In this document: piece after piece, positions 13,355 through 25,782 of the stretch
How the letters are laid out: every line of letters begins with the position of its first letter
How positions within the stretch are numbered: position 1 is the stretch's first letter
Source: Camelus ferus
Lineage: Eukaryota
Assembly: GCF_009834535.1 (NCBI RefSeq)
Contig: NC_045697.1
Coordinates: 28,460,001-28,524,000 of the forward strand
Direction: 5' to 3'
Length of the DNA: 64,000 nucleotides
Translations under genes and position numbers: made by a program
Notes under the pieces: model-generated
What the model was told of the DNA's origin: nothing
Seen by the model: the letters and a program-made list of their open reading frames with translations, nothing else
Databases searched by the model: none

Positions 13355-13360
13355 TTTATT
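13355..13360 (-). terminator. Candidate polyadenylation signal of SMIM14
   Basis: AATAAA followed 30-50 nt downstream by a GT/T-rich element (ctgttttctgtttggcttttgtggg). Confidence 0.55.
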
Positions 13361-15038
13361 CATTAATAAAAAGTGCATAGTACAAGCCCTTTATCCCAAT
13401 CCAAGTACTCAGTAAAAGATTACAATAAACCCTGGATGGCACAGACATGATTTGTTTGGCATGATTTAAACATTTAAAAACAATTCCCATTTAGTATATC
13501 ACATGACCACTTTTGCTTTTAACAAAGTAATCATCAGACATGGTAACAAATCCGTATGACGCTTCATTCAGAATATTATAATGTTAAGACTAAACCTACT
13601 ATTGCAACAACAAAAATTTAACCCGTTAAACTCTCTCCATTTCTCCTTCAAGTTGCTGTTTTGTGTCTTAAACTGAGCTGGTCAAATTTTAGCACATATT
13701 CGTTTAGAGTGACAGACTGATTCAGGGTAAGAGGCTTCTAAGGTTCCTTTGAAAATGTAAGATGTAGGTAATTCCATAAACACTATCACATCGCATACCA
13801 CAAAGACACTGAAAGTAACCATAAAATAGCTGTACTTAATAGTTACTTCTGAAAATCCTTCCAAGTTTAAAATATGACTTGCTGACCATGGGATAGTGCT
13901 TGGATACATGATGAAATCTTTTACTATACACAGTTCCAATGTTAATTTTTTCCACGTGGAAAGCAGAAAAACATTTTGCATATAAGAACATTAAATAATT
14001 CTAAAACAAAATCAACTCTTAATGGCATTTGTGGAATGTTTAAGAGCCAAAAGTGATTAAAATGTGAAGCATTATCTTTCTTTTTTCCCGATTACTTAAA
14101 AATGATTGTAGCCACAGTTCAGGCGAATGTTTATAAGCCAAGTAATGAGTAAGAGTGTGCTCAGTAAAAAGGCCACATGTAGAAGCTTTCAGAATTAAAT
14201 AGAATAATATAAATTACTAGTTAGGTTAATAGGAATACTTTATGTGCTACTGCATATTGTCTTTGTCAGGAGTGCAGAGAAATTTTACAAGCAAAAAAAA
14301 AAACGAAGACTAAATACTTCACTAAGAACTTTAGTTACTAATTAAACAGATGGTCCATATAGGATATTCTAGATATAATGTCAATTAAGTATATGTGACA
14401 GAAATGAAGAACTAAGAATAAGACCCACATTTCCAGGTTTCTAGTTAACACTAGACATTCTGTTTACATGTCACAGCCACTTATTCAACCAAAGTCAATT
14501 CTCAATTATTTGTGAGCCACAGATTCAGTGAACACATCAGTATCTCTGCCAGAGACTGGCTTTCGAGCAGCTTAGAGAGCAGACTGTTGGGACTTATGTG
14601 CAAGCCTTTGTTCAAGGTTCAGGGGCAAGGGTAGAGAAATGAATGCCTACAGGGACTTGGCTCCATCTTCTGCCACTCCTGCCCTTTCTGCTGTAAATGC
14701 TTTAAGAGCTATAGAGCTGGCAAGGCTTCCAGTAGGCCACATCAGGAGGAAAAACCTTAAATCTATGGTGCTCATTTATCCAGGATCTGACTTACCTGTG
14801 TTATGATACCTCTTGATTAACAAAAGTAATTAAGAGTAAGTTGTATTATTTCAAGGAGTTGAGCACAAAGCCAAGATGTACAGTTGAGGAACACAAGCAG
14901 TCAGTATCGGATTAGAAAATGAAATGAAGCCCTTAAAGTGTTTACAGCCTAGAATATAATCATAATAAAGGAAAACAAATACCCTATGAGCATCACATAA
15001 TTGTATCAGAGACTCTATTAAACAATGATACAGAGAAG

Positions 15039-15044
15039 TTTATT
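15039..15044 (-). terminator. Candidate proximal polyadenylation signal of SMIM14
   Basis: AATAAA with an upstream TGTA and downstream T/GT-rich sequence. Confidence 0.45.
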
Positions 15045-16434
15045 AATTCATACAAGTAATTTCTCAGATCTATACAGTAAAAAGCTAGACTGATCTGGGA
15101 AGGGAGGAAATCCTTACACTGATAGCTAAGTATCTTCTAGCCCCCACAAATCATTTGCAATCACTTTCTAGGGGAATAAATCCATAAACACACAAGTCAT
15201 GCGGACTTTTTCTTAATGCCATTTGTCTTCATTTTCTTTCAAACTGAACGAAAACCAATCAACCTTTTACTTTTCTATACATTTCAAACTTTTACTTATA
15301 TTAATGCTCCTCCCTACTCCAGTCCATCCTATTACCAAACAAGAATGAGACGGGGTTGAGAAAAAGATCCTTGATTGTTTCTCATTTTCCTTGGAGTGAA
15401 CCAAGAATTCATTAAATACTTTTTAAAGTCAGATAACAAGACTCAAAATTTTTTCTTTGAAAAAAATAGAGTAAGTAAGTAAATAGCATTCAAATGTCAG
15501 TAACCAAACAGGCCCCTAATACAGCTTTAAGATAGTTTCATTTAACAGGGAAGTGTTACAAAAGAAAAGCAGCTTCCTGAGAGGCATCCATTTAAAAAAT
15601 AAATTACAGCTTAAATTATTACTGTATAGATTATACCTGGCAAAGGCAGAAAGAATTAACTTTTCCCCTCCTTTTATGAACCATGTAAGGCTAGTGTACA
15701 GTGGCTTACAAATGTCATATAATGGACTCTAAGTCACCTACCATATTTAATTCATGTTTATTTAAAGTTTTCTTAATATTAGACATTTTTATGGGAATAA
15801 AAAACTGAGTAAACAATTGTTTCATTTTGTTCTTTCCTCCATTTCTAACCACATAAGCTAGTTTTAGTGGATAATACAGAGTTCAGCTGTAACTTGTACA
15901 ATATTCCAAAGGCTGTCACAGTCCCAAGAACTAGAGAAAACTGCCACCCACAAATAAACTACCAAGGTAAGTGTAAATACAGTGTGGTTCTAATTTTCTT
16001 TCATACAATCTCAGATAACCCCAAATAACTTTATAAATACCTTATGAAAAAAATTTAAACCTATAAAACTATTTAAAATATTTAAACGCAGGGATCTCAA
16101 ATTTCCTTCAATCAGGCCAGAAACTATCACAAAAATTATAATCACAGTTACAAATAGAATGAATGGAATGTTTAAGTTTAGGATAACCAAAAAAGCCACA
16201 TGTAGCTTTTTAATGCAATCATTTACTCAAATATACTGTAAATAGGAAAGGTGATAACACAGGAAGCAAAAATAAGCTTGCAAGTGAAATTTCCAGAAGC
16301 TCATGAAAACAATACCATCCCATACAGCAAATGCGAAAGGAAAAACAGTTCTAATGGGGTTAAGAGTACTCTGGTCATCTTCGTTCATTTGGTCGTGCAA
16401 GATGTTAACTATTTTCACTTCCCATATCACAAAG

Positions 16435-16467
16435 TTAGTCCACAGGAGGGGCTGGTGGATCTTGTCC
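16435..16467 (-). CDS. SMIM14: SMIM14 last coding exon (GQDPPAPPVD-stop)
   Basis: Acceptor tttctctcttttaaatgccag|GGA, TAA at 16435-16437. Exon sum 75+49+143+33 = 300 nt = 99 aa plus stop. Confidence 0.97.
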   Translation of the reverse strand, partial: GQDPPAPPVD

Positions 16468-16789
16468 CTGGCATTTAAAAGAGAGAAATTATGGGATAGA
16501 CTCTTAAATCCCAGGGCCACCAATCTAACACATAAGTAAGAACTGAGCAGCAATGCCCTTCACCCTCCCATCTCAATCACACACTTATTTGGACTTCTCA
16601 TTTGTTTTTGCACAGGGAGCACTAGATTAATACTGTGATTCACAGTGTTTGTCCCTTTCTTCCCTACAGCACGGAAGAAAGGAAAACTGTGTAACAGTGA
16701 TGTGATTTGGGTGAAAGTGCTCTCCCTGACAGCTCCAGAGGTGATATTTAAACCAATCAAGACAGTCTCCTCCCTCTTGCTAAGGTGAC

Positions 16790-17086
16790 CGAGTACAGTA
16801 CAATCAAAGTGAAGCTGGAGACTCCTGTTTCTCACAACAGAAAGTCAGTCAGTGAGGAAGCATGTGGCTCCAGTTGCTACTGGCAGCCATCTTATGGCCA
16901 CAAAGGGAGCCCACCTTGGAATGAAGCTGATGGTTGGAAGAAAGAAACTGGGTCTCTGACGACACTGTTAAACTTTCTAACAATGACCCTACCTCTGGAT
17001 TTTTCTGATGTAGAAACCAGTAAAGCCAATTATTTAAACCAGGCTGAACTGATTTTTGTTCCTTGTAATAGAAAGCATCTGAACTG
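16790..17086 (+). mobile_element. MLT1-type LTR fragment
   Basis: ggcagccatctt ... gaatgaagc ... tttaaacca ... pattern; highly diverged. Confidence 0.55.
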
Positions 17087-18546
17087 CAAAGGAAAGATCA
17101 GAGATTTTAGGAATCTTCAGGAAGATTCCATTTATTTACTCTGACATGCTGTATGATGGCCTAGTTAAGGGAGATCAATTCTTCTACTTGGAATTAGTCA
17201 ATATGTTTTCGTGCTTACTCCTAGAGCAGGGGGACTGCTATTCCTAGGACTGACGGTCTACTATGAATTAAGGTTCAGGGGACTGTAATCTTGCATTTCT
17301 GTCACTTTTAATGGCTTCAAAGTCAGCTTATTAAGCTGGATTTCTTTGGGTCCAAACATTGAGGATGTTGCTCTTTGATATGAAAGTAAGAAAGAAGGAG
17401 GAGAAAGCACTTTATCAAGACAACGTGCAAGCTGTTTTATAGATACCTTCCTCTCCAAGAAAAACCAAAAATAAATTTAAGGCATTTTATATAGTGCTAA
17501 TGAGGCCTTCTTTCTAAACTAAAGTCAGCATGCTACATATTTAAATATTCTAAATCTTAAAAAAAAAAAAAACAAAAACCCAAAGCACTGACTAATTAAC
17601 ATGACACATTTGCTTTCTCCTATATAAGCAATTAGTCTAGCCGAACTTCTTTCTAGTATTAACAACACAGGGTTGGGGAAAAGAAGCCATCATTTTAGGA
17701 ATTCCACATGCTGAAGGTTGAAGAAGGGAATTAGTGGGATAATTTGGTGTTCAACAAGTAAATTCATTATGGAAATATTTTTAATAATATCCAAATCAAA
17801 TGAGAAAGAAAAAATGTAAATACTGGTTCTAAAAACAATTAAAAGGAATCCTTTAATGGAGCTCTACTGAAGACAGTATCAAAAACTCCCTATTGGGTCA
17901 CTTTATCATAGTTTTCATTTAGAAGGTTCTGAAAATGGTTGTAATCCTAACTATCAAGATTTATCACCATGAATGATTCCTAGCTCTGCTTTAGCCAGCT
18001 CAGTTGACCTGTTGTGATGCAGAACTGGAAGAATGAATTTGAGATAAATAGGATGGGACAATGGGAAACCAGGTTTAGCCAGACAGGCTCAGTGTCTGTT
18101 GCAGCTGACAGCGAGGACAGAAGGGGAGAAAATGAAGTGTTGTTGGGGGACACTTGAACACGAGCTAGTAAGAGAATTTAGGGAGCTGGAAGCATGAGAG
18201 ACAAGGATCAACGGTGAGGTGGACAGAACCGGGTAGTGGAGGATTGAGATTTGAGAAAAATTGCTGTGGATTATTATTATGCACTGGATCATTTTTTTAT
18301 GCTTCTCATGTGAATAAAGATTGGAATTCACCTTAAGATGATTTTTGGGCTACTGGTTTATACTTTTCTCTATATGTAACTCCATGAACACTAAGCCATT
18401 AGTGGCTGCAAGATTTTTGAGGACTACACAGGAAGAACTTAGTCCATGAGTTAAATCTTCCTTTTGCTAAATCATATTATTTCGATCAAAACAAACTCCT
18501 CCCCCTTCCCAGGCCACACCCATTCCCCCACCCAAGTGGATTTCTA

Positions 18547-18750
<204 letters not shown>

Positions 18751-18964
18751 TTATAATATTGTTAGATAAATGTAAAAAATGCAAATGTTTAAATGTCAGC
18801 TCCAAAAATTCAAAAGCTGTATTAATTTTAAAAGTTGTATTAATAATTTTAAGAATTATGAAGTATTACAGCTTCAATTTCCCTTCCCTCCTGGGAGAAA
18901 ATCTAAATGGTAAATGGTGTAAAACAGTCACAAGTCAAAGCCTATTAAAATGAAGATTTTTAAT

Positions 18965-19152
18965 AGTGTAGTAGTTCTTAATATTTTGGGGTAATAGAAT
19001 CCTTTGAGATTTTGATAAAAAGGACTCTTTCCACTATAAGAATCCGTGTATACACATTCAACAATTTTGCATATAATTGCAAAAGATTCATGGACCTACA
19101 AAACCACCAATCCATACACTGAGATCTGCAGAACCAGGTTAAAGACCACCTG
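18965..19152. mobile_element. Small hAT-Charlie MITE (Charlie4z-like)
   Basis: Degenerate TIRs (tagttcttaa ... gttaaagacca). Confidence 0.5.
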
Positions 19153-20199
19153 AGACGCAGTAAACACACTTTACTTTAGTGGAGGAGGGGATTATGTGTT
19201 TTAACTACAGAAGCAGTATGAAAAAATAACAGAGCTTAAGAAAGAGGGAACAATCAGGTTGTATAACATATAAATTAAAGACCCCTTTAATGACATTCTC
19301 AAAGATACTAATTTGGCTTTCTTTCTTGAAAAAAGAATTTGGATTCAGATCTAGATATTTTAAAGTCTATGCATTTATCAAGAGAAAAAAGTCAAGTGTC
19401 TGTGTAGGTATAGTCTTTCTAGCTCCTCAAGACAGCCATATCTAATTTAATTCAGAATAACAAGTACCTAGCACAGTGCCTGGCTCGTGCTATGCCCTTA
19501 ACAAATTTCTAATAAACGAAACAGATTCTTTATTGAAATATATTAGAGAACTCAGGTGTCAGAAATGAAAATTTGTAAAAGATTAGATTTCTAAAGAAAA
19601 TAGTACCTCTAGGTAGTTACTAAAACAGCAAGACTATGTATAAATGTTTGGTTTTGGTCTCCTTAACTCAGGAAAAAGTAAAAGAAATCTAGACTAGATT
19701 CTGAAACTAAATGAATGCATCACATTGAGATCCATGGGCCCAGGGCCCAGGTGATACACCGCTAAGAACAAAGGGTTAGTGACCGAACGGGACAAAGTCA
19801 AGCAAAGAGCTGAGCTGTCCCAAGAGCAGACTGGATAGGAATCTAGCCCCTGTTCCAACCCAATCACTTCCCCAGAAACAGTTAACACAGTACTTGGGAT
19901 CACCAAATTTTCATTGTTTATCACACAATAAATCAGCATTTCCCCCTTCTATATCCATATCTATTCCTTTCCTTGTTCCCGCCTACCGTACTAAATGTGC
20001 CTCCATAACTAAAGACCAATTTCTCAACTTGAGCTTTGGATCCCAGTGCTTTTGCAAAAATCTATCCATTATCCTCTCTTGTGTATTCAACAACCCCTTC
20101 TCCACTGCAGCCATCCTATAATCACTTAAACATGATAAAGTTTCTCTCATCTTTGGAAAAAAAAATCCATCCCTCAGTCTCTTTCCCTGTCCAGCTATC

Positions 20200-21065
20200 A
20201 AGGCTAGGAGTGGTCTTGAGAGTTGGTCTACATTTACATGTACATGTCACTCCCTCCCATTCACTCCTTAGGTTGGTATCCACCTCCATTAATAGTCAAA
20301 TAGCTCTTTAAAAGGTCACCAATGATACTTCTATGCTGCTACACCTAATGTGTAATTTTAGCCCTCATTTTCCAAGACAATGCTCTCCTTTTTAAAACAT
20401 TTTCTTCCTTTGTCTTCTGTGCCATTACCACTACCATTTTCCTTTTGCAATTTTGAATTCCTCATGGTCAGTTTTAGGTTCCTTTCTGTTCTTTCTCTAC
20501 ACACTATCATCCTCACCTGTGGCTTAAATTACCTTCTGTATGTAGACCACACATAAAGTTTTACCCAGTCTCTAATCCCCTGAACTTTAGACCCAATATC
20601 CAACTATCTATCTATATCAATAGTTCTCTATTTTTTTTAATCTTCATTTCAACAGTTCTTAAACTGTGATGTACAACAGTGCCATTGGCAGCTTCTTAAA
20701 AATGCACCTGAATCCCTTATCACACTGAACATACTCAATATTGCAAACCAAAATCATCAGTATCACCCCTGCCCCATCCTCAATGCCCTATCAAATTGGG
20801 TTTCCATCCATGCAGCTGCCTAGGCCAAAAACCTATGAAAACATCTTTTGTTCTCTCAATGACCCTCTTTTTAGTCCATCATGAAGTTTCTGTCAACTTT
20901 ACTTCCTAAATACCAATCTGTCCATTTCCAGCTCCATGCCCACGCTTGCTCAAGCTACCATCACTTCTTGTCTGGTCTACTGCAATGGTCTCTTAACTGA
21001 TCTCCCCATGCCTATTCTTGCCTCCTCTAATTCTGTCCTCTAAGCTGCTCCAAGAGTGATGTTTT
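20200..21065 (+). mobile_element. LINE-2 fragments
   Basis: aaggtcaccaatga and ctactgcaatggtctcttaactgatctccc L2 motifs. Confidence 0.65.
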
Positions 21066-21099
21066 TTAAAAAAGAAAATACTGTCTCTTAGTTTTATTA

Positions 21100-21330
21100 C
21101 TAAATAATAGCTAAAAGTTGCGTCGTTACTTTGAACCAGACATTCTCTCTCTTAATCTCTTTCAACAAACTTATTTTATGGTAGGTACTATCATATCTTC
21201 ATTTTGCAGATGAGGAAACTGGGGAAAGGGGGAGGGCTAAATCCTAATGTCATACAGTTGGCATGTGGCAAAGCTGGCATTTAAATACAGGTGGTCTCAT
21301 TTCAGAGTCTGTACTCTTATCCTCTTTGCT
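21100..21330 (-). mobile_element. MIR SINE
   Basis: MIR core cattttgcagatgaggaaactg. Confidence 0.75.
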
Positions 21331-22579
21331 ATGTCATAATCTCTGACAGTATTACATAGACAAATCCCTGAAAATTATTACTCCACTGGGTAATAAAATT
21401 GGAAAATACAGATTTTAAAAGAATTCTTGATAAAGAAGCTTATAACTAGCTATTAGGTAAAACTAGATTATTTAAAGGTAGTCAAAGAATGATAACTGTA
21501 CCTTCTATACATTATCACTTACAGTGCCCCTCTCAAAAATAAAATGCCAGATTAACGTACAGACCAGAAGTGTAACCCCAAAGTCAATTCTTATATTATT
21601 CAATTTGGAAAATGGGTCCCTTACTTTTTGATACTCTTCACAAGTAAAAGATTGTAAAGCTTCAGAGAGATAAACCTCAAATCACAAATTTACTAATGTA
21701 TATTTCTATAAATAAAATAGGGATTAAAAAAATAGAAACAATTAATCAAACCAATAGCTGTTTTTTCCAAAGAGTAAATAAACTAATGCATATTTCTAGA
21801 CAAAGCATTCCTGATCAAATGCCCACTCTGTTTTAAGATTCTCATAGTGATAATGTGGCTCCTAGTTCCCTATAACTGTTCTCCTAGCTTGGTTCCTGTT
21901 GCAGCCTTTCCTTCCTGCATATTGCTACCAAAAAAGTCTGTTTAAAACACTGCTCTTAACACATCTCTGCTGACTAACCCAGTGACTCACTCTCCACTGG
22001 CTACTGCTTCAACTGTGAACTTGTCAGCCTGACCTTTCCTCATATGATTTGGCCCTACTTATCTATATTACCTCTTACCATTTCTCAGAAAAAGCATCCT
22101 CTGCTCTAGTCAACCCCATGCCTTCTTCCTTCTTCAGTGTGGTTCCTTGTCCTGCCTGTCCATCAGAATAGCCTGTGACAGTATCAATACCACAGTTTCT
22201 AACGTCTTGCCTCTTAAATCATCTAATTCAGGAGCAGCTTAGGTGTGAGGTCAGGAACCAACAATATTTTTAAAGCTTTCCAAATGAATCTGATGCAACA
22301 GTTCAATGCTAGTTTGGCTGACAGCATTTGCCAATTTTACAAACTCAGTCCTTCTGGGGACTCATAATTTTTCCATCTGGGTTAATATTACAACTAACTT
22401 CCACTTATTTAAATATATCCTACACCCCTCCCTCTTATGTAAAAAAATTTCCCTTTTCTCCACCCACTCTTTCCTTTCTTCTCTGGACTAATGTAGCATT
22501 CCTAGTTTGAAGGAATGATTTCCTATTTCTTATGATTACGTCATTAACTTTTTAAGACATGAGATCATCTCACAGCACA

Positions 22580-22760
22580 TCTGTGTTTGACTCTACCACC
22601 TCTTAGCTATACAATCTCTGTGCCTCCATTTCTTTACCTGTGAAATGAAAACATCACCATCATCTCAGAGAGTAGTTGTGATGATTGAAATGATTAGTAT
22701 ATTAACAGTTACACAGTGCCTGGTACACAGTAGGTATTTGATAAATATCAGCCATTATTG
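22580..22760 (+). mobile_element. MIR SINE
   Basis: ctctgtgcctccatttctttacctgtgaaatg core and acagtgcctggtacacagtagg tail. Confidence 0.75.
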
Positions 22761-23415
22761 ATCTGTGCTCTAGCTGATCAGTATTAGGATCAACCAGAGC
22801 GCAGAAAAGACCAAGCGCACAGAGATTCTGGTGTGAATAACTAGGACGGATAGGATGGTGAAGTGGGAATGAAAAAGGATCAAACACAAATGGTAACAGG
22901 ATAAAAGATGCACAACACTTGGTGTCTGCCTGAATTGGTTATGGAAGGAGGAAGAAAACGTTAAGGGTGCCTCTAAAATTTCTGCAGGGTAGTAGTATGT
23001 AGAATTCTACACTTACAAGGTTAAGTGGATGCAGTTTTCCTGATTTCCAAGGTTTGATAAGAACATTTCTCTTCTCTTTAATAACCCAAGACCCATTTCA
23101 GAATAAAAGATAATAGCTGAACCAATTAAAGTCGAACTTCTTGATCACAGTCAGTGTTTTTCTGTTTATTGTAAATCCCACAAACTTAAGATTGGCTCTG
23201 GAGTGTACTTTCACATACTGTGAAGGTTATTAACAAAAAACTGGAAACAGACCTAAATGTCTGCCAATAGTGTGTGATTCAGATTACAGTAAATCTGTAC
23301 AATGGAGTACTATAAAGCTGAAAAACAAATGTTTAGGGAAGTCTCCATGAGACATGCTGTTTTTTGACAGAAAATAAAAAGCAGGTGAAAAACAACTGTG
23401 TACAAAGAAAAGGGA

Positions 23416-23646
23416 CAGGGAGTTTGAGATTTGCAGGGAGTTTGGAATTTGCAGATATGAACTACTATATTTGAAACAGATAAACAACAGGATCCTACTG
23501 TATAGCACAGGGAACTATATTCAATATTTTGTAGTAACCCCTAATGAAAAAGAGTATGTGTTGTGTGTGTATAACTGAATCATCATGCTGTACACCAGAG
23601 ACTAACACAAGATTGTAAATCGACTATAATTTAATTTAAAAAAAAA
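23416..23646 (+). mobile_element. LINE-1 3' end inserted in older L1-like sequence
   Basis: ctactgtatagcacagggaactatattcaa motif, A-tail, approximate TSD aaagaaa(a/g)ggg. Confidence 0.85.
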
Positions 23647-24624
23647 GAAAGGGGGGCAAATAAGATATATTTTGCTTGTACCTACATAAAGAAATTCTGC
23701 AAAGATACAAAGGCCAGTAATACCTAGAGATAGGACATGGGTAGAAGGGAGAAAATGAGTAGGAAGACATTTTTTCACTATAAACTAATTAACTTCTTGA
23801 TTTTTGAATCATACATAAAAAAATAAATTGAATTAAGCAAATAAAAGTAGCCCTAAAATATCTTGGGATTGGCAATACTGGGTATATGAACTGACTTGGA
23901 CTTCTTGAAATATTCAAGAACAGATATGAATGGGATCACTGTAGGCCTTCTGTGATTATTCACAGTCCCTTATAACAAGATCCACTTCTTCATGAGGTGT
24001 TAGAACAGATATGCTCCCCCCTGACACCGCATGCAGCCAGTACAAACAGGTATCAGGAGCAGCTGTTCTAAAATCAGCATAGAGAGGTGAATGGACCTTT
24101 AAATGATCTGGCCACTATGGTTTTTATTGTGATACCTTTTTGGCACTAAATATTCTAAATATTAATACAGTGCCAAATAATCTAAATATTAAAGGCAAAA
24201 TCAGATGGGGGATATAAAATCTGTTCCCTCACTGCCTAGAAATTATTTGCCTTAAGAGGTAAATACCTTTTACTCTATGGTGTAGAAAAATGTCAAACCA
24301 TAAAAATGCAAAAGGACTTTATACACCAAAAATACAGTGTTCCATTTTGCTCAAGGGTTACGTCTCTGGTTACAAGAAAAAACGAGTATTTCAAGTAAGA
24401 TGTCAAATGGAATATTCACAAGGAAGCTATTAATCTAGCTAGACACCAAGAAGATGAAAAAGAAGGAGGCTCTATGAGCTGCCAGATCCTCAGGGATTGT
24501 TTCTATAAACTTACATAGGCTTCCAGTGGGAAAAGTAGAAACAGAGCAGGAGCGGAAGCGGACAATGCACCAGGGGGCTTTAACCCTGTAATTTTGGGGT
24601 GGTATACAGTAATTACAATATCCT

Positions 24625-24852
24625 TGAATATACGTATGTTCATGTATAACTGAAAAATTGTGCTCTACACTGGAATTTGACACAACATTGTAAAATGACT
24701 GTAACTCAATTAAAAAAAGTTAAAAAATAAAAAATAAAACTATTTAAAAGAAAAAAACAAAAAAATTCTCACAATGAACTAAGTATGCTAACACAGTCTG
24801 TCCAAAGAACTTGACTTTGTTAATAAATTTGTATACTTTGATGAAAAACAAA
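24625..24852 (+). mobile_element. Short LINE-1 3' end with probable 3'-transduced flank
   Basis: L1 terminus 24625-24711, A-tail to 24765, unique 78 nt containing AATAAA, second A-tail, TSD acaatatcct. Confidence 0.75.
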
Positions 24853-25169
24853 ACAATATCCTAAGTACATCTATCCATCTTTGTTTTACTCCAAAATTAT
24901 ATTAGCAATGGAGCAGGTTTCCATACAACTCTTTATCTGAAAGACAGTGTTTCAGAAGAGTGAACAGACTTCTTCTACGTGGCTCTAGAGAACAAAACTG
25001 TGGGTGAATACAACAATAAAGTAGAATGCAGCTCAAGATAAAGAATTATGCAGTAACCAGATCTGCTACCAGACTGCAGCTAGATTCTGCTACCACATGA
25101 AGTAGTGAGCTCCATATTCTATTAAATCATCTCAAATACATGCAGCACACCATGACAGGCACAATGTAC

Positions 25170-25782
25170 TGTGATACTGTAATATAATAAGAAATATATA
25201 TTTGGTCTTCATTCGGGTTCCTGACATGTAACTCCTAGAACCCTTGGAATCTCCTAGTGATAAGGATGAGAGGAATGTAAAATTTTTTGTTACTCACAGT
25301 AAATCCCTTTCAACCATACTTAAGTTTATGCTAATGAGGTGACTCTTAGTGGGCCCCATTCAGGATGGAGACTGGTTGCCAGTCTCCAGAGCCTGACCAA
25401 GTGATTTGAGGGTTGGAAAGTTCAGCTCCACTCCTCAACCTCCAGGGATAGAGGAGGGGCTGAAGATCGAGTTATTCACCTATGCCAATGATTTACTCAT
25501 TCATGGTATGGAATGGAGCCTCCATAAAAACCCTGAACAACAGGGTTCACAGACCTTCCTGGTTGGTGAACACATGGAGGAGCTGGGAGGGTGGTGCACC
25601 CAGAGATGACAGAGAAGCTCTGCACCTGCTCCCCTCATACCTTGTCTTACTCTTCCATTTGGCTGTTCCTGAGTTGCATCCTTTATAATAAGCCAGTAAT
25701 AGCAAGTAAAACGTTTTCCTGAGTTCTGTAAGTTAGTCTTGCAAATTATTGAAGAGAGGAGGCGGTTGTGGGGACCCCTAAT
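25170..25782 (+). mobile_element. ERVL LTR, MER21-like
   Basis: Start tgtgatactgtaatataataagaaatatatatttggtcttc matches the recalled MER21 5' end. Confidence 0.75.

Larger units (their letters stand above)
12690..16434 (-). other. SMIM14: SMIM14 3' UTR (long, AT-rich, repeat-poor; distal end uncertain)
   Basis: Follows the stop codon. Minus-strand AATAAA at 15757-15762, 15039-15044, 13355-13360 and 12705-12710. Confidence 0.6.

Noticed and set aside
16227..16553. Cluster of ORFs around the last SMIM14 exon
   Set aside because: The true coding frame is the 33-nt spliced segment; these ORFs are other frames running through intron and UTR.
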